Assembly (NCBI GenBank): GCA_037447605.1 | Contig: CM074806.1 | Location: forward strand, 2,542,001 to 2,606,000 | Direction: 5' to 3' | From: Zygnema circumcarinatum SAG 698-1b | Lineage: Eukaryota; Plantae; Zygnematophyceae | Length of the DNA stretch: 64,000 nt | Shown: positions 1-10,051 of the stretch, in pieces | Numbering within the stretch: the stretch's first letter is position 1 | Layout: each line of letters opens with the position of its first letter | The notes under the pieces: generated by a model | What the model saw: only the letters and a program-made list of their open reading frames with translations | Database searches by the model: none | What the model was told of the DNA's origin: nothing | Translations under genes and position numbers: made by a program

Positions 1-354
1 TACAACCTCAATTTCGTACCCAGTTTTCTCTGTAGGCGACTACCATGTCGAAACCATGTCAGATAAAGCACTGCTGTGTACTCAAATATCTATATGTACT
101 TATGGATGCTCGGATGGAGTAAAAAGAGTGGCAGGTAAGGAGAGAGGAAGTAGCAACGCGCAACAAAGAAGCGGCGTGTTGTGCATACAGAGTTACTATT
201 TGCAGCCGTTAACTGCGTCAAATTACTCAGGTTACGCGCGTCTTCCCATTAAAGACTCGCACTAAATGCTGCCAACGCTCATTAGCATCAGCAATCCTAA
301 AACCCTCAATAGGTAACCTCACAATTTTGAGAAAACAACGTTCAGTGGTCTCAC

Positions 355-966
355 CATTGACCTTCTCGCGTGTGATGCGCTCCACATGAATACTCCACTT
401 CTTTCTGTAGACTTGAACGACCTTGCCCTCACGCCCCTTGTATGTTCCACGAACCACCTGCACCTCGTCGTCCTTCCTGATGGGGACCGATCTCACCTGC
501 ACCAGAATAGCTTTGACCCTTTAATGACTGAAGAAAGGAACAGCCACATGAACAAATCAAAACATAAATCCAAACAGCCATCCGATTATAAATTGCTCAA
601 ACAAAAAATGATGGGTTCTGGAGCTGCAGCTCACATTATACTTGTTCTTGAGCTCCGTCGACAGGGCTGCGCTCATAATAATACGGCGCTCACTGCTGGG
701 AGCAGTAAAATGCGCCTTCCGCGCTTTTCTCCTGGAGGAGCTGACACCTGAGAGCGAGAGAAGCAGGGTTTCAAAAGAACAGCACGCGAGATAGGGCATC
801 CGTACCAGTCAATGCAACGAGAAAACATCAAACCCTAAAATACAGGTCGAAAAAATTGAGGAGGACGGAGCAAGGCCAGAGGTTTAGGGGCGGGAAGGCA
901 TGTGCAGGCAGGGTAAATAGCATGCAAGCAGGAAGGAGAAGAGCTCCTACGGGTGCTGAACTTCAT
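355..966 (-). CDS. RPL26: 60S ribosomal protein L26 (uL24), first three exons; 3' exon not found in the window
   Basis: Exons 966-951, 747-635 and 496-355 have GT-AG junctions. They join to [91 protein letters not shown], the canonical L26 sequence. Confidence 0.96.
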
Positions 967-1084
967 GGCGGCGACACGTGTCAGCCGGGGCTGCAGCGCC
1001 TGATGGCGGCGGAGGGGCCGAGGGGGGAGGCGCCGCGGAGAGAGAGCGTCCGTGGGGCTCCGAGGCCGCTTAGGGCACAAACTG

Positions 1085-1530
1085 CGGGGTACTGCTTCTA
1101 TCTTCGTTCCGCACGTGCCTAAGCCGCAGAGTACTCAATCGCAATATGTATATGGGCTCCCCCATGCGGCCATGCCATGACTCATGGTCCCATGCCATGA
1201 GTCATGAGGCTATGCCATAAGGCCATGACCCCATGACATGGAGCTCCCCAAAGGCCGGCCGTCGAGTGCATTGACATCGATGATGGCGACAGGATGATGG
1301 GCCCCATGGCCATCGCCATTTTGACCTAATTTTGTACCTGGAATGAATGCTGCGGTGCTACACTGCGAAGGCCGCGTCGCACTGCGCATATTTGAGGTTT
1401 AGTTGTATTTGGAAAAACGCAAGATGAGACTAAGGCTTATGGATTCTTTAGTGAGAAGAGCAGGCAGGCGCAGTCAGACGCAGGCGAAAATTTCCTGGGA
1501 ATAATTCTTTTTAGACTACTTTTGAACCGC
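1085..1530. promoter_or_regulatory. Putative bidirectional promoter between RPL26 and EAF
   Basis: About 570 bp separate the divergent ATGs (966 and 1534). Site II-like motifs TGGGCT (1153) and TGGGCC (1298) are present, and a telo-box AAACCCTA (830-837) lies in RPL26 intron 1. This pairing is typical of plant ribosomal protein genes. Confidence 0.5.
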
Positions 1531-1533
1531 ACA

Positions 1534-3274
1534 ATGGCTGGCCCAGGAGGACGCATTCCTCCCCCACAGAACGGCACGTGGTATCCATTGCATTTGGGGA
1601 CAACCTTTTCTGGAGATAATTCGGCTCAGTATTACACACTGAGATGTATGCAGTTTCTTTCTCTTTGGCCTTTTTTATGTTGATCCCTCTTTGAAACTTG
1701 AAGGTGCCCTCATGTCATGCATTTAAATAAGCCATCAAGGCTCAGCAATGTGAGATGAGCACGATGTAGGCTTGCTTGGTTAAGGGGAGGGGTGAATGCT
1801 CATGCTCATGCTCATGCTTTGTGTGTGTGTGTGCGTTTCTGCCTTTTGCAGATGAGTTTAAACCTGCATCAGTGGATCCTTCAAAGCCCGGTGTGATGAG
1901 AAGTCGGAAGGATAAAAAGGAGGTGGCTGTGGAGCTGCCTAATAATCAGGCAGGGAAGCCAAACGTTGCATTTCAAGGACATAGGGAGCTTTGTCAGGAG
2001 CAGGAGGCCATTCTTATCTTTGACGGCCAGTTGCTGCGGCTTGAGAGGCTTCACCACTCAGTGAAGAGTCTGAAGGTAGTAAGGGGCAATGCAAAGGCTG
2101 CAGCTGAAGGGGCTACTGCTGCAATCACAGAGATGCAGTCTTCCCCCCTTGAAGCTGCAGGAGATGGTGGCCGGACTCCTGTTGCAACTCCTCCTCTGGT
2201 GGAGGATTTAAAGGTATCTATTATTGGCCATGCCTCCTCTCTCTCTCACTCTTTCTCTCTCCCTCTCTCACTCGCCCTGTCTCCCTCTCTCTGTCTATCT
2301 CTACCTACTGGATGAATGGAGTGGTAACCCTCAATGACGACGGTGGGGGCTTGATAATTAAGCTGGTTCTGGTTGCAGGTTCATGAGGATGAGGACTTGC
2401 TGCTCCCCGTGTCTGAGGCAGCTGGTATGAAGCCCTTTTCTAAGCTCATAACTGCTTTTGCTTTTCACAAGGCCGTTATTGTCAACACGATGGCCCCCCC
2501 TCATCCTCCCCTTACTTTTTCTTTTTTTGGGTCAAGCATCCTTGGCTTTTAAGCAAAACCGTTTCGACGCTATTTTTTGGTGAAGCTTTTATCTGTGTGC
2601 CTCTTTTTGACTGCAAATTATTCTTCCCAAGGAGAAGCGTTGTTCATTGTGGGATTACAAAGCCATGAAGCCATCTTTGCATGAAGTCATCTGGTTTCTG
2701 CCGTTCATACCCGTTCATACCCCCTAATTCTACATGTGAATCCTTACCCTCTTTGGCAAATTTGCTGTGTCTACTGACAGTCCGTGCAGAAGTAGCGAAA
2801 ACATCCCCTAACTTTAAAGCGCATTTGAGCAAAGCCAAATTGCCAGGGACCGTTAAAAAGCGGAAGACAGCAGCAGTAGAAGAGCCTCCTCCTTCTCCTC
2901 CCGCACCTCCTCCTCCTCCTCCGAAGGAACGAACTCTATCACCCCCGAAACCATCAGCATCTGACGAAGAAGCTCAACAATGCAAGAAGCCGAGGCCCGA
3001 AGATGTGGAGACTTTAGAAATGGGAGTAGAGGAGGAGGTGGTGGAGTATTATGAGACAGAAACGGATGAAGAGGAAACGCAGGAAGTTAAAAGCGGAGGA
3101 GGAGGGGGGGTAGCTGTAGAAACTGCTAAAACTGGTGCAGTGTTAAAAACTTCGAGTTCGAGTGGGAGCAGCGCGAGTGGCAGCAGCGCGAGTGGTAGTG
3201 GGAGTGACGGAAGTTCCAGTGCTAGTGGGAGTGAGGACGACTCTGCCAGCTCGGGCGACGACGTGGTCGAGTAA
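1534..3274 (+). CDS. EAF: ELL-associated factor (EAF family transcription elongation factor)
   Basis: Exon 1 (1534-1645, WYPLHLGTTFSG...YYTLR) plus exon 2 (1852-2213, YEFKPASVD...FQG...AILIFDGQLLRLERLHHSVKSLK) gives the EAF domain. A Pro-rich, acidic and Ser-rich tail ends at TAA 3272-3274. The acceptor of the last exon is uncertain. Confidence 0.9.
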
Positions 3275-3872
3275 TTGTTTGCTGAAAGTGATGTGGTACG
3301 ACTTGGGTGAAGTCGCATCCTCCGTGTACATACAGCAATGGCATTTGAAACCCATCGCGATAAGTTATACACCTTTTTTCAATCAATTTTCCTGGAAGTC
3401 GTGGCTTTTCAAGACCGAGTACCGCGGGACACAATTTTCTTGATTGGACCCAACTCAGTACACCGTCACACAATTGAATCTCTGTCAACCTTTCAAGCAG
3501 ATTATGCTCGATGAAGAAGACAGAGACTTAAAGCATATGGTCTCTACTGTAGTCCCTCAAGTATTTGTTTACTATTACTCCATATTACTACACGGACTTA
3601 TGATTTGAAACTCTAGGTCTTCCTAGAAATTTGGAATGAGAAATGGAGAAGAAGTATCTAAATCGCTTTAATGAAGGCGCAAGACACAATGTGCCTGCAA
3701 CTTTGCCGAATTAATATAGAAAAAATAATAAATTTGGCGCTGAATTGTATTAATGATACGTCCCGCAGCCCTTGCATATAACAAGACTTCCTTCGATTGC
3801 CTTGAAAGACGGTTTCTTTGCTCTATCTGCTTCAGACTGCCGGAAGTCTCATTGGACTATGAAAAAAAATGA

Positions 3873-6546
3873 TCAAGTCTTAAAGTCGCATGGCCTTCCA
3901 ATGGGAATATCTTGAAGAGCGCAGAAGCGTACAATTGCCGCACGCTGCCAGCTCTTGAAGCTCCTGCACGGAAATGCAAAACAATTACAAACGGCCATCC
4001 ATACAATATAGGAACTTCATGAACTTCGCGAACCGCAGGAACAAGAACTTCGTGATGGTACCAGAGACTGATTTTTTCTCACGAATCTCCAGAGCAAAAA
4101 TCACCTATTGAATAGGGTTTTGAAGCTCAAAAAAGGAGATGCAAATGGTGCTTCAAGAGATGATCGGATCGGGACTTACTTGGCGTCCAAGTGTACCATA
4201 ACTTTCCCGCCTGGAAATGCTCTGCGAGTCATCTCCACCGCCTTCAATACTACACCTTTCCAGGTCCCTCCCACTTCAAATGCATCCATGGCTGCTGCGT
4301 TCGTACCTCCCTTCACTCCCTTCTCTGCTGCCTTAACCAACGTCGACGGCTCCTCCATTGAAAGACTGTAACCAGAAATCAAATGCCCCATCCAGACTCC
4401 TTCATGCCTGCAGCAGCCATGCAGCCAGCCAGGAGCCCCACTTGTTAGCAAGTTACCGCCATCTCCTGTCCTCTGAGTGCACGCTCCGTGAGAAGAAAAC
4501 ATGAAGTGATTGTTAACCAGATGAAGATATAAAAAGAAGAATCGCCGGAAAGACATAGAGGAGGAGATGCTCGTTCGACTTACTTCCCGACATCTCCATG
4601 GCGTGGCGCATAATGACCACCTCCGATGCCAACCAGTACTGGAGTGCCTTGTGCTGCTTTCCTCCAGTCGCCTAATCCTTCTCCTCCGCCTAGTCCAAGC
4701 CCTCTCCAGAACACACTCGCCATGGCCATGGCAACGTCTTTCCTTCCCCAATACTCTTCCGTACTTCCTATTTCGCAGAACATAGCAGGAACTTCCACTA
4801 TAGGACCATGATGGGTTGCTTCCAAAGTTATCTGGAAATTGTGGTGATAAAACGGAGCATTTGAAACCATAAACCAATGAGAACAAAACATTGAATCTTG
4901 CCACAGTAGCTAGCCACACCTAGTTCCAAAATGTAGTAGACTGTCCTTAAAAGCAATGCGGTAATTCAAACCAAAAAATAGATCCCTCTCGTCGGCCCGT
5001 CAAGCCAGTCAGTCTGTTATGCAACTTTGGACAAACATAATCACGTCGTTCTCCACCCCCCTCCATTCGCCATTCTCTCCCCAACAACAGGAACAAGGGC
5101 CTTCGGTTAAAGAGCAGCATGGCTAAAGGAGGATTGTTGTGACGTGCCTCAAACTCCGGCAGAAGCCCCTGCTCTGATGCCACGTCCTTGAGCAGGCGGA
5201 ACCACGGCCCTAAGCGCACACAGGGAGGGCCCAGCCATCCTTCTGCTCGGGGAGGGGCGACCTCTCCGGGCTTCAAATGGGGAATGCCTGCGGAAGGTAA
5301 TCCCACTCGAGGAGTTAGGGACCGCAGAATCTCCAAAGGAAAAATCTCATACTTCCACATACCCTACTACCATTAATTTGAACTATTGAACGATTAAAGG
5401 TTTTGGCTGTTGTAGGGAAAAAAACTATTCGTAATCGGTGTTCAAAAGAAAAACTGTTTTAGGTTTTTGTTTTTTTTTTTTTTTTTTTTTTAACAACGGT
5501 CCTTGTTCGAATGCGAATCCAAATACGAAACCGAGTGAACATTGAACAATTAATTCTCGGTCATGTTCAATTTCAATTTACTTTGCATCCACCGATCAGC
5601 AATGAGATTTGGCGCGTTCAAATTTTGCCCATTTCCATTTCCGTACCCTATGGAAATTGTTGATCTGGCAATAAAAATTGTACGGCAAAAATTGGGCCGG
5701 GCTTCAGCAAATCTCACAGATTGCTTGAATTCTACGTGGCAAAAACTGGAATCCACACGTGTAACCGAACAGATTGAGACTTTCAACAATTGAACATTGT
5801 TTAAATTGTTCAATTTAAAAACCTATTGACCTCGGGTGTTCAAAATTTAAAATGAAACCTTTTCATTTGGACATTGAACAATCCCAAAAAAAAAAATCGA
5901 TTGTTCAAATTAATCGTGGCAGGGGTAACAAAGAAATCATAAATGTAAAATACATACATATGCACATGCGAATGTTGATTACACAAATAACAGAACTGCA
6001 TGCAAGCTTTTCAGGCCCTCTCTGATGGCGATGATGGCCCTTCCACGCACCGATAGGGTGCACTGTCAAAGCAGGCTTTCCAGAGCCTGCCACGTGGCGG
6101 CTCATGAAGATGATTTCGCGCACCTTCTCCCCTGTCGCCTGCTGCCACCGCGAGTCAAGATACGCTTCATGCGTCAGAAGGGCGTCGTTTCTCATCCATA
6201 AACGCACCGCCCCTTGCTTCCAGGCCGGATTGTCCTGCAGGCTTTAGGGGAGCCCATTGAAAAAACACAAAAGCCCACTCAAAATGTCAGTAAAGAAACC
6301 ATTGACATGCGGCTAAAACCGATCAATTGCCTAAGCTTCATAGGCATCACTTGAACATTGCTTCAGACAAACTCCAGGAAAGCGTTTGCAGAAAGATCTA
6401 CATACCTCGATACAGACCATGCTCGCCCAGTTTCCCATGGCCAGGAGAGCTTGCGCGGGGCCTAAGGATGCAGGGTCGGGTTTATTGGCGATAACCAAAG
6501 TTATGGCTTCGTCCTGGATCGCCGCGGCATCTGAGAATGCCGCCAT
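3873..6546 (-). CDS. GEK1: D-aminoacyl-tRNA deacylase (DTD2/GEK1 type)
   Basis: Exons encode ITLVIANKPDPAS, IIFMSRH...PALTVHPIG, RLGPWFRLLK, ITLEATHHGP...MFCEIGSTEEYW, GIGGGHYAPRH, WMGHLISGYSL and AFPGGKVMVHLDAK-SFKSWQR, collinear with plant GEK1. Confidence 0.95.
5369..5919. mobile_element. Putative non-autonomous TIR element (MITE) in a GEK1 intron
   Basis: Terminal inverted repeat ATTAATTTGAAC (5372-5383) / GTTCAAATTAAT (5903-5914). Several subterminal ATTGAACA / TGTTCAAT-like motifs occur in both orientations. AT-rich; no clear TSD. Confidence 0.5.
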
Positions 6547-6943
6547 GGCAGTTGCTCTTCCTCTCACTACATTGTGCGAGCTTATGGACGACCGCCGCAC
6601 GAGCCAGCAGCCGCCATGGCCTCCACAGCTGCGGGCGTCTGAGGACCTGTCACGCGGCCCGCTGCCCTGGAGGGGGCGCACTGTCTCGTGGGGTAGGACG
6701 GACGCAGCGGCGGCCTCCACGCTTGCCACGTGGCAGAGGCGGACTCTGGAGGCGACACGTGGCAGCAGCATTTGGACCCCTTCCACGGAGCGCGGGGGGG
6801 CGACCACTGCGCACGTGCATGGAGCCCGGCCGCCCGCCCGCCGCGCGCCAGGTTCGCGGTTGCGCATCACAGTGCCATGTCTGCCGGGGCCGCTCGTGCC
6901 CGCCATCCAGCCCTGTACGGCGCGGTGCGGCACAGATACAGTA

Positions 6944-7812
6944 CAGTAGGGGGTCCTCATATTTTCTACCCTGGTTCCGGGCAAAATGAGGCGAAAATAT
7001 TAAATTTGCATATATAAGGTTCGTGTTACGAATAGACGGGCGGTATTATGTTAGAGTTCATGTTGGACCGTACGTATCGTACCGTGGCATATCGTACCGT
7101 ATCGTACTGTATCATTTAGCATTGTATCGTATCGTGACATATCGTGACGCATAGACGTAGTTTTCCGCTTTCTGTTGTTCGCCTCAGCTCGTACAGCTCG
7201 TACGGACAATACCATATCGAGGCGTTTCGTATCGTATCGCCTAGTATCGTAAAGTATCGTACCGATCGTTTCGTGTCGTATCGTATCGAAGCCAGGAAGA
7301 AGGGGAGAAGGGCGAGCGCCTCTTACGGCGGCACGAGCGGGGAGATTAGGGGGAGTCAGACCTTGACCATCGCCCGCGGAATTGAAAGATTCCGCCGGCG
7401 GAAAGGTATTGATTTCGATTGCAGAATTCGGTTCGGAAACCGCGGCTCCCTCCGAACCTGTCTGTCCCGTCCGTACTTCGAAATAGGTTACAAAAATGAG
7501 ATACAGGCTCGGCGCCCGAGCCTGTCGAACGTCCACTTTTGGCGAAAAAGGCCTGCCGTACAACGCGGAATTGGCCCCACGGGCTCGCGGAATTGGTTTG
7601 GCGATGGTCAAGGTCTGACTCCCCCTAATTAGGTGAGTTTTGCGGAAGCCCGTAACGGCTAGTACATATAGTACGGATAGTACGGCTAGTACGAACAGTA
7701 CGAATAGTACGGCTAACACAAGTTACCGTACAAAAAGGTGGTTTCGGCAAAATCGGGGCGAAAATATTGAGGACGCACTCCTTGGGGTGGTAAATACGAG
7801 GACCCCCCACTG
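6944..7812. mobile_element. Tc1/mariner-type MITE, copy 1
   Basis: TIRs CAGTAGGGGGTCCTCATATTT / AAATACGAGGACCCCCCACTG are flanked by TA on both sides. The interior is CGTAT/GTAC-rich and non-coding. A closely related copy lies at 38200-38876. Confidence 0.85.
7349..7625. mobile_element. Nested MITE with perfect 26-bp TIRs (Harbinger/Tourist-like GGG termini)
   Basis: GGGGGAGTCAGACCTTGACCATCGCC (7349-7374) and its exact reverse complement (7600-7625). Subterminal CGCGGAATT repeats are present. Copy 2 of the host MITE has the empty site GAGATTAGGTGA. Confidence 0.85.
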
Positions 7813-8024
7813 TACTGTACTGTACAGTACGCGGGGCCGGGGCCTCGTGACCGTACTGTTCGGCATCCGCGTGTACCGTACGGCACAAGTGGGCAGCGGC
7901 GAGGCACGGCGGGCGCCACCTTTACCGTTGGGTGCGGCGGAAAGCCCCGGGCTCATCCGACTGACCGACTTGGCAGATATTTCGTACACATGGATAGATA
8001 CAGTACTGTACGAGCACGGGGCCA

Positions 8025-9193
8025 GTCGTACTCCGCCACGCGTGCCCTAATCAGGCTCGAACCGGCGACGGCAGGCTGCAGGGCGGCTGCGGTACGGCGA
8101 GCCAGCTGGGGACCGGCCGGCCTGCTTTGGCGTACGCGGGAGGGACAGCTGGCGGCGACCGACAGGGCCGGCGGGACGGACGGGCAGCCGCGACGGCGGT
8201 CGACGTACGTGAGAGCATCGTCCGCGCGGCGTGTTCTTCTCCTTGTTGCTGGATCGGATCGGATCGGATCGGATCGGATCGGGTCGCGGGCAGGTCGTTT
8301 GGTCCACCGCAAATCTAGACTATGAAAAGCGCAGGACTGACAACATGCATGCGCCAACATTTGTGTGCATCGTTCATGTTGGCATCCATGATGACAATGT
8401 TGTTGTTGTTGTTCTTGTAGGCGTAATCTTCAATTTGTGAGTGCTTCTACAACAGAATATTTTTCTGAGAACATCTTATACATATACATGTGAAAAATGT
8501 CGTTTCGTCATCGGCAATTGCAATGTTGTACTGCAACAATGCACAACAATGTTGTCATTTTTTATTCAAAGCTCCATCCATTATTTATATCTGCTCTTTT
8601 GTGGATAAAAACGTTATTTATATTATCTACAAACAGAAAAGTCAACAAGTACAATAAAAATAATCATATTGTGTCATGTGCTTGTTTCTTTTGTTGCTGT
8701 TGGTTATTTATTTGTCACTAGTGTCGCAATCATAACTTAGGTATACACCAGATGCAGCACAACATCAAAAAATGCAATTGCAGTATAAACAGGATACCAT
8801 ATTAACATGTGTCGCGTACGTATATGATGTTTTCTGGTCTTGTACGAACCAGAAGCATGTTGTGAAAGCATCCACAAACAAAGAATCGCGAGTGCGACCA
8901 CAAGAACAACAGCAACATTGTCCCGCAGCTGACAGCGGCAACAACATGAACACGCGCGTCGGGCGGTCGGGCCGACGGCCGGGCGGAAGATTGTTCTGCT
9001 CAACCATCTGTACGTCGACCGCCGTCGCGACTGCCCTGTCCGTCCCGCCGGTCCTGTCGGTCACCGCCAGCTGTCCCTCCCGGGTACGCCAAAGCAGCCC
9101 GCCCGGCCTCCAGCTGGCTTGCCGTACCTCCCTGCAGCCCGCCGTCGGCCGGTTCGAGCCTGCCCGGCTAGGGCACGCGTGGCGAAATATGAC
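8025..9193. mobile_element. Foldback element with long (about 184 bp) GC-rich inverted arms and an AT-rich core
   Basis: 8025-8208 is an imperfect reverse complement of 9010-9193 (for example GACAGGGCCGGCGGGACGGACGGGCAGCCGCGACGGCGGTCGACGTAC versus GTACGTCGACCGCCGTCGCGACTGCCCTGTCCGTCCCGCCGGTCCTGTC). A (GGATC)6 tract lies at 8251-8280. No TSD was recognised. Confidence 0.7.
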
Positions 9194-9900
9194 GTGGTTT
9201 TTTGTCCGTTGGGGTCTGTCGGCCCTCCCTCCCGCGCGGCCCCCGCCCCCTTCGCGCTGGCCCGCCCGCGCCGCCTCTGTGCGAGGGAGTGCGCGCGATG
9301 GCCAAGGGCGCCTGCCACCTGGCGCGCGCCACCCGCCAGCTGCCCTTAGAGGATGCTGGGCCGTACGGTCGGTCAGGCGCGGCGGTAGATCTGCCAGCTG
9401 GAACTCGTACCCTCTACGCGCCCGCGATTAGCGGCACACTCACTTTTTTCTTCCCTCCCTGCCCGCCTGCCTGCCCGCAGGCGGTCAAACCGTGGTCAAA
9501 CTGCTCGCTGGCTGCCCGTCCCTTTCCGCAAACCGCTCGTTGCACGGGCCCGGCCCCTCCGCCCTCCCACGATTGGCTCCGACCGTCCGTCCGATCGTTT
9601 CGCTTGCTGGAAATTTTGTCACCTTGGGCCGGCCACCCGGCGGGAGGTTTGGGTGATTTTTTTGGGGCAAAAAGGGCACCGTCGCGGGCGGGCCGTGCCG
9701 TACGTACCTGTACGTGGCGCCCGGACATGGCCCGCCGCCCGCCCGCCCGCCCGCCCTGCGCCGCCGCTGAGCGCGAACCCAGGCGCCACGCGGCCGCGCG
9801 ACATTGGCCGAGACCGGACGCAGGGGTGGGGAAGGGCAGGGCAGAGCGCACCGGGCCTCAGTCAGTGCGGAGGGAGAGCAAGAGAGGGGAAGGGGAGTGC

Positions 9901-10015
9901 GAGAGGAGAGAGTGGAGAGTGTGGAGAGGGAGAGGAGAGGGAGGGGAGGGAGGGGAGGGAGGGGAGGGAGGGGAGGGAGGGGAGGGAGGGGAGGGAGGGG
10001 AAGGAGGGGAAGGAG
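9901..10015 (+). repeat. GA-rich GGGA/GGGGA tandem tract just upstream of the GH5 start codon
   Basis: More than 15 consecutive G3-G5 runs separated by single A, ending about 40 nt before ATG 10052. Confidence 0.9.
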
Positions 10016-10051
10016 AGGAAGTCGGGGGGGGCAAGGAGAGGGGAGGAAGGA

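Noticed and set aside
200-300. Possible intronic C/D snoRNA in RPL26 (TGATG...CTGA-like on the minus strand)
   Set aside because: The C box is imperfect, and no terminal stem or recognisable rRNA complementarity was found. Rfam cmscan would settle it.
6331-9900. Many overlapping GC-rich ORFs on both strands (for example 7051-7719, 9202-10149, 9485-10147)
   Set aside because: They lie in MITE, foldback and GA-repeat DNA, have low-complexity translations and show no domain or splice support.
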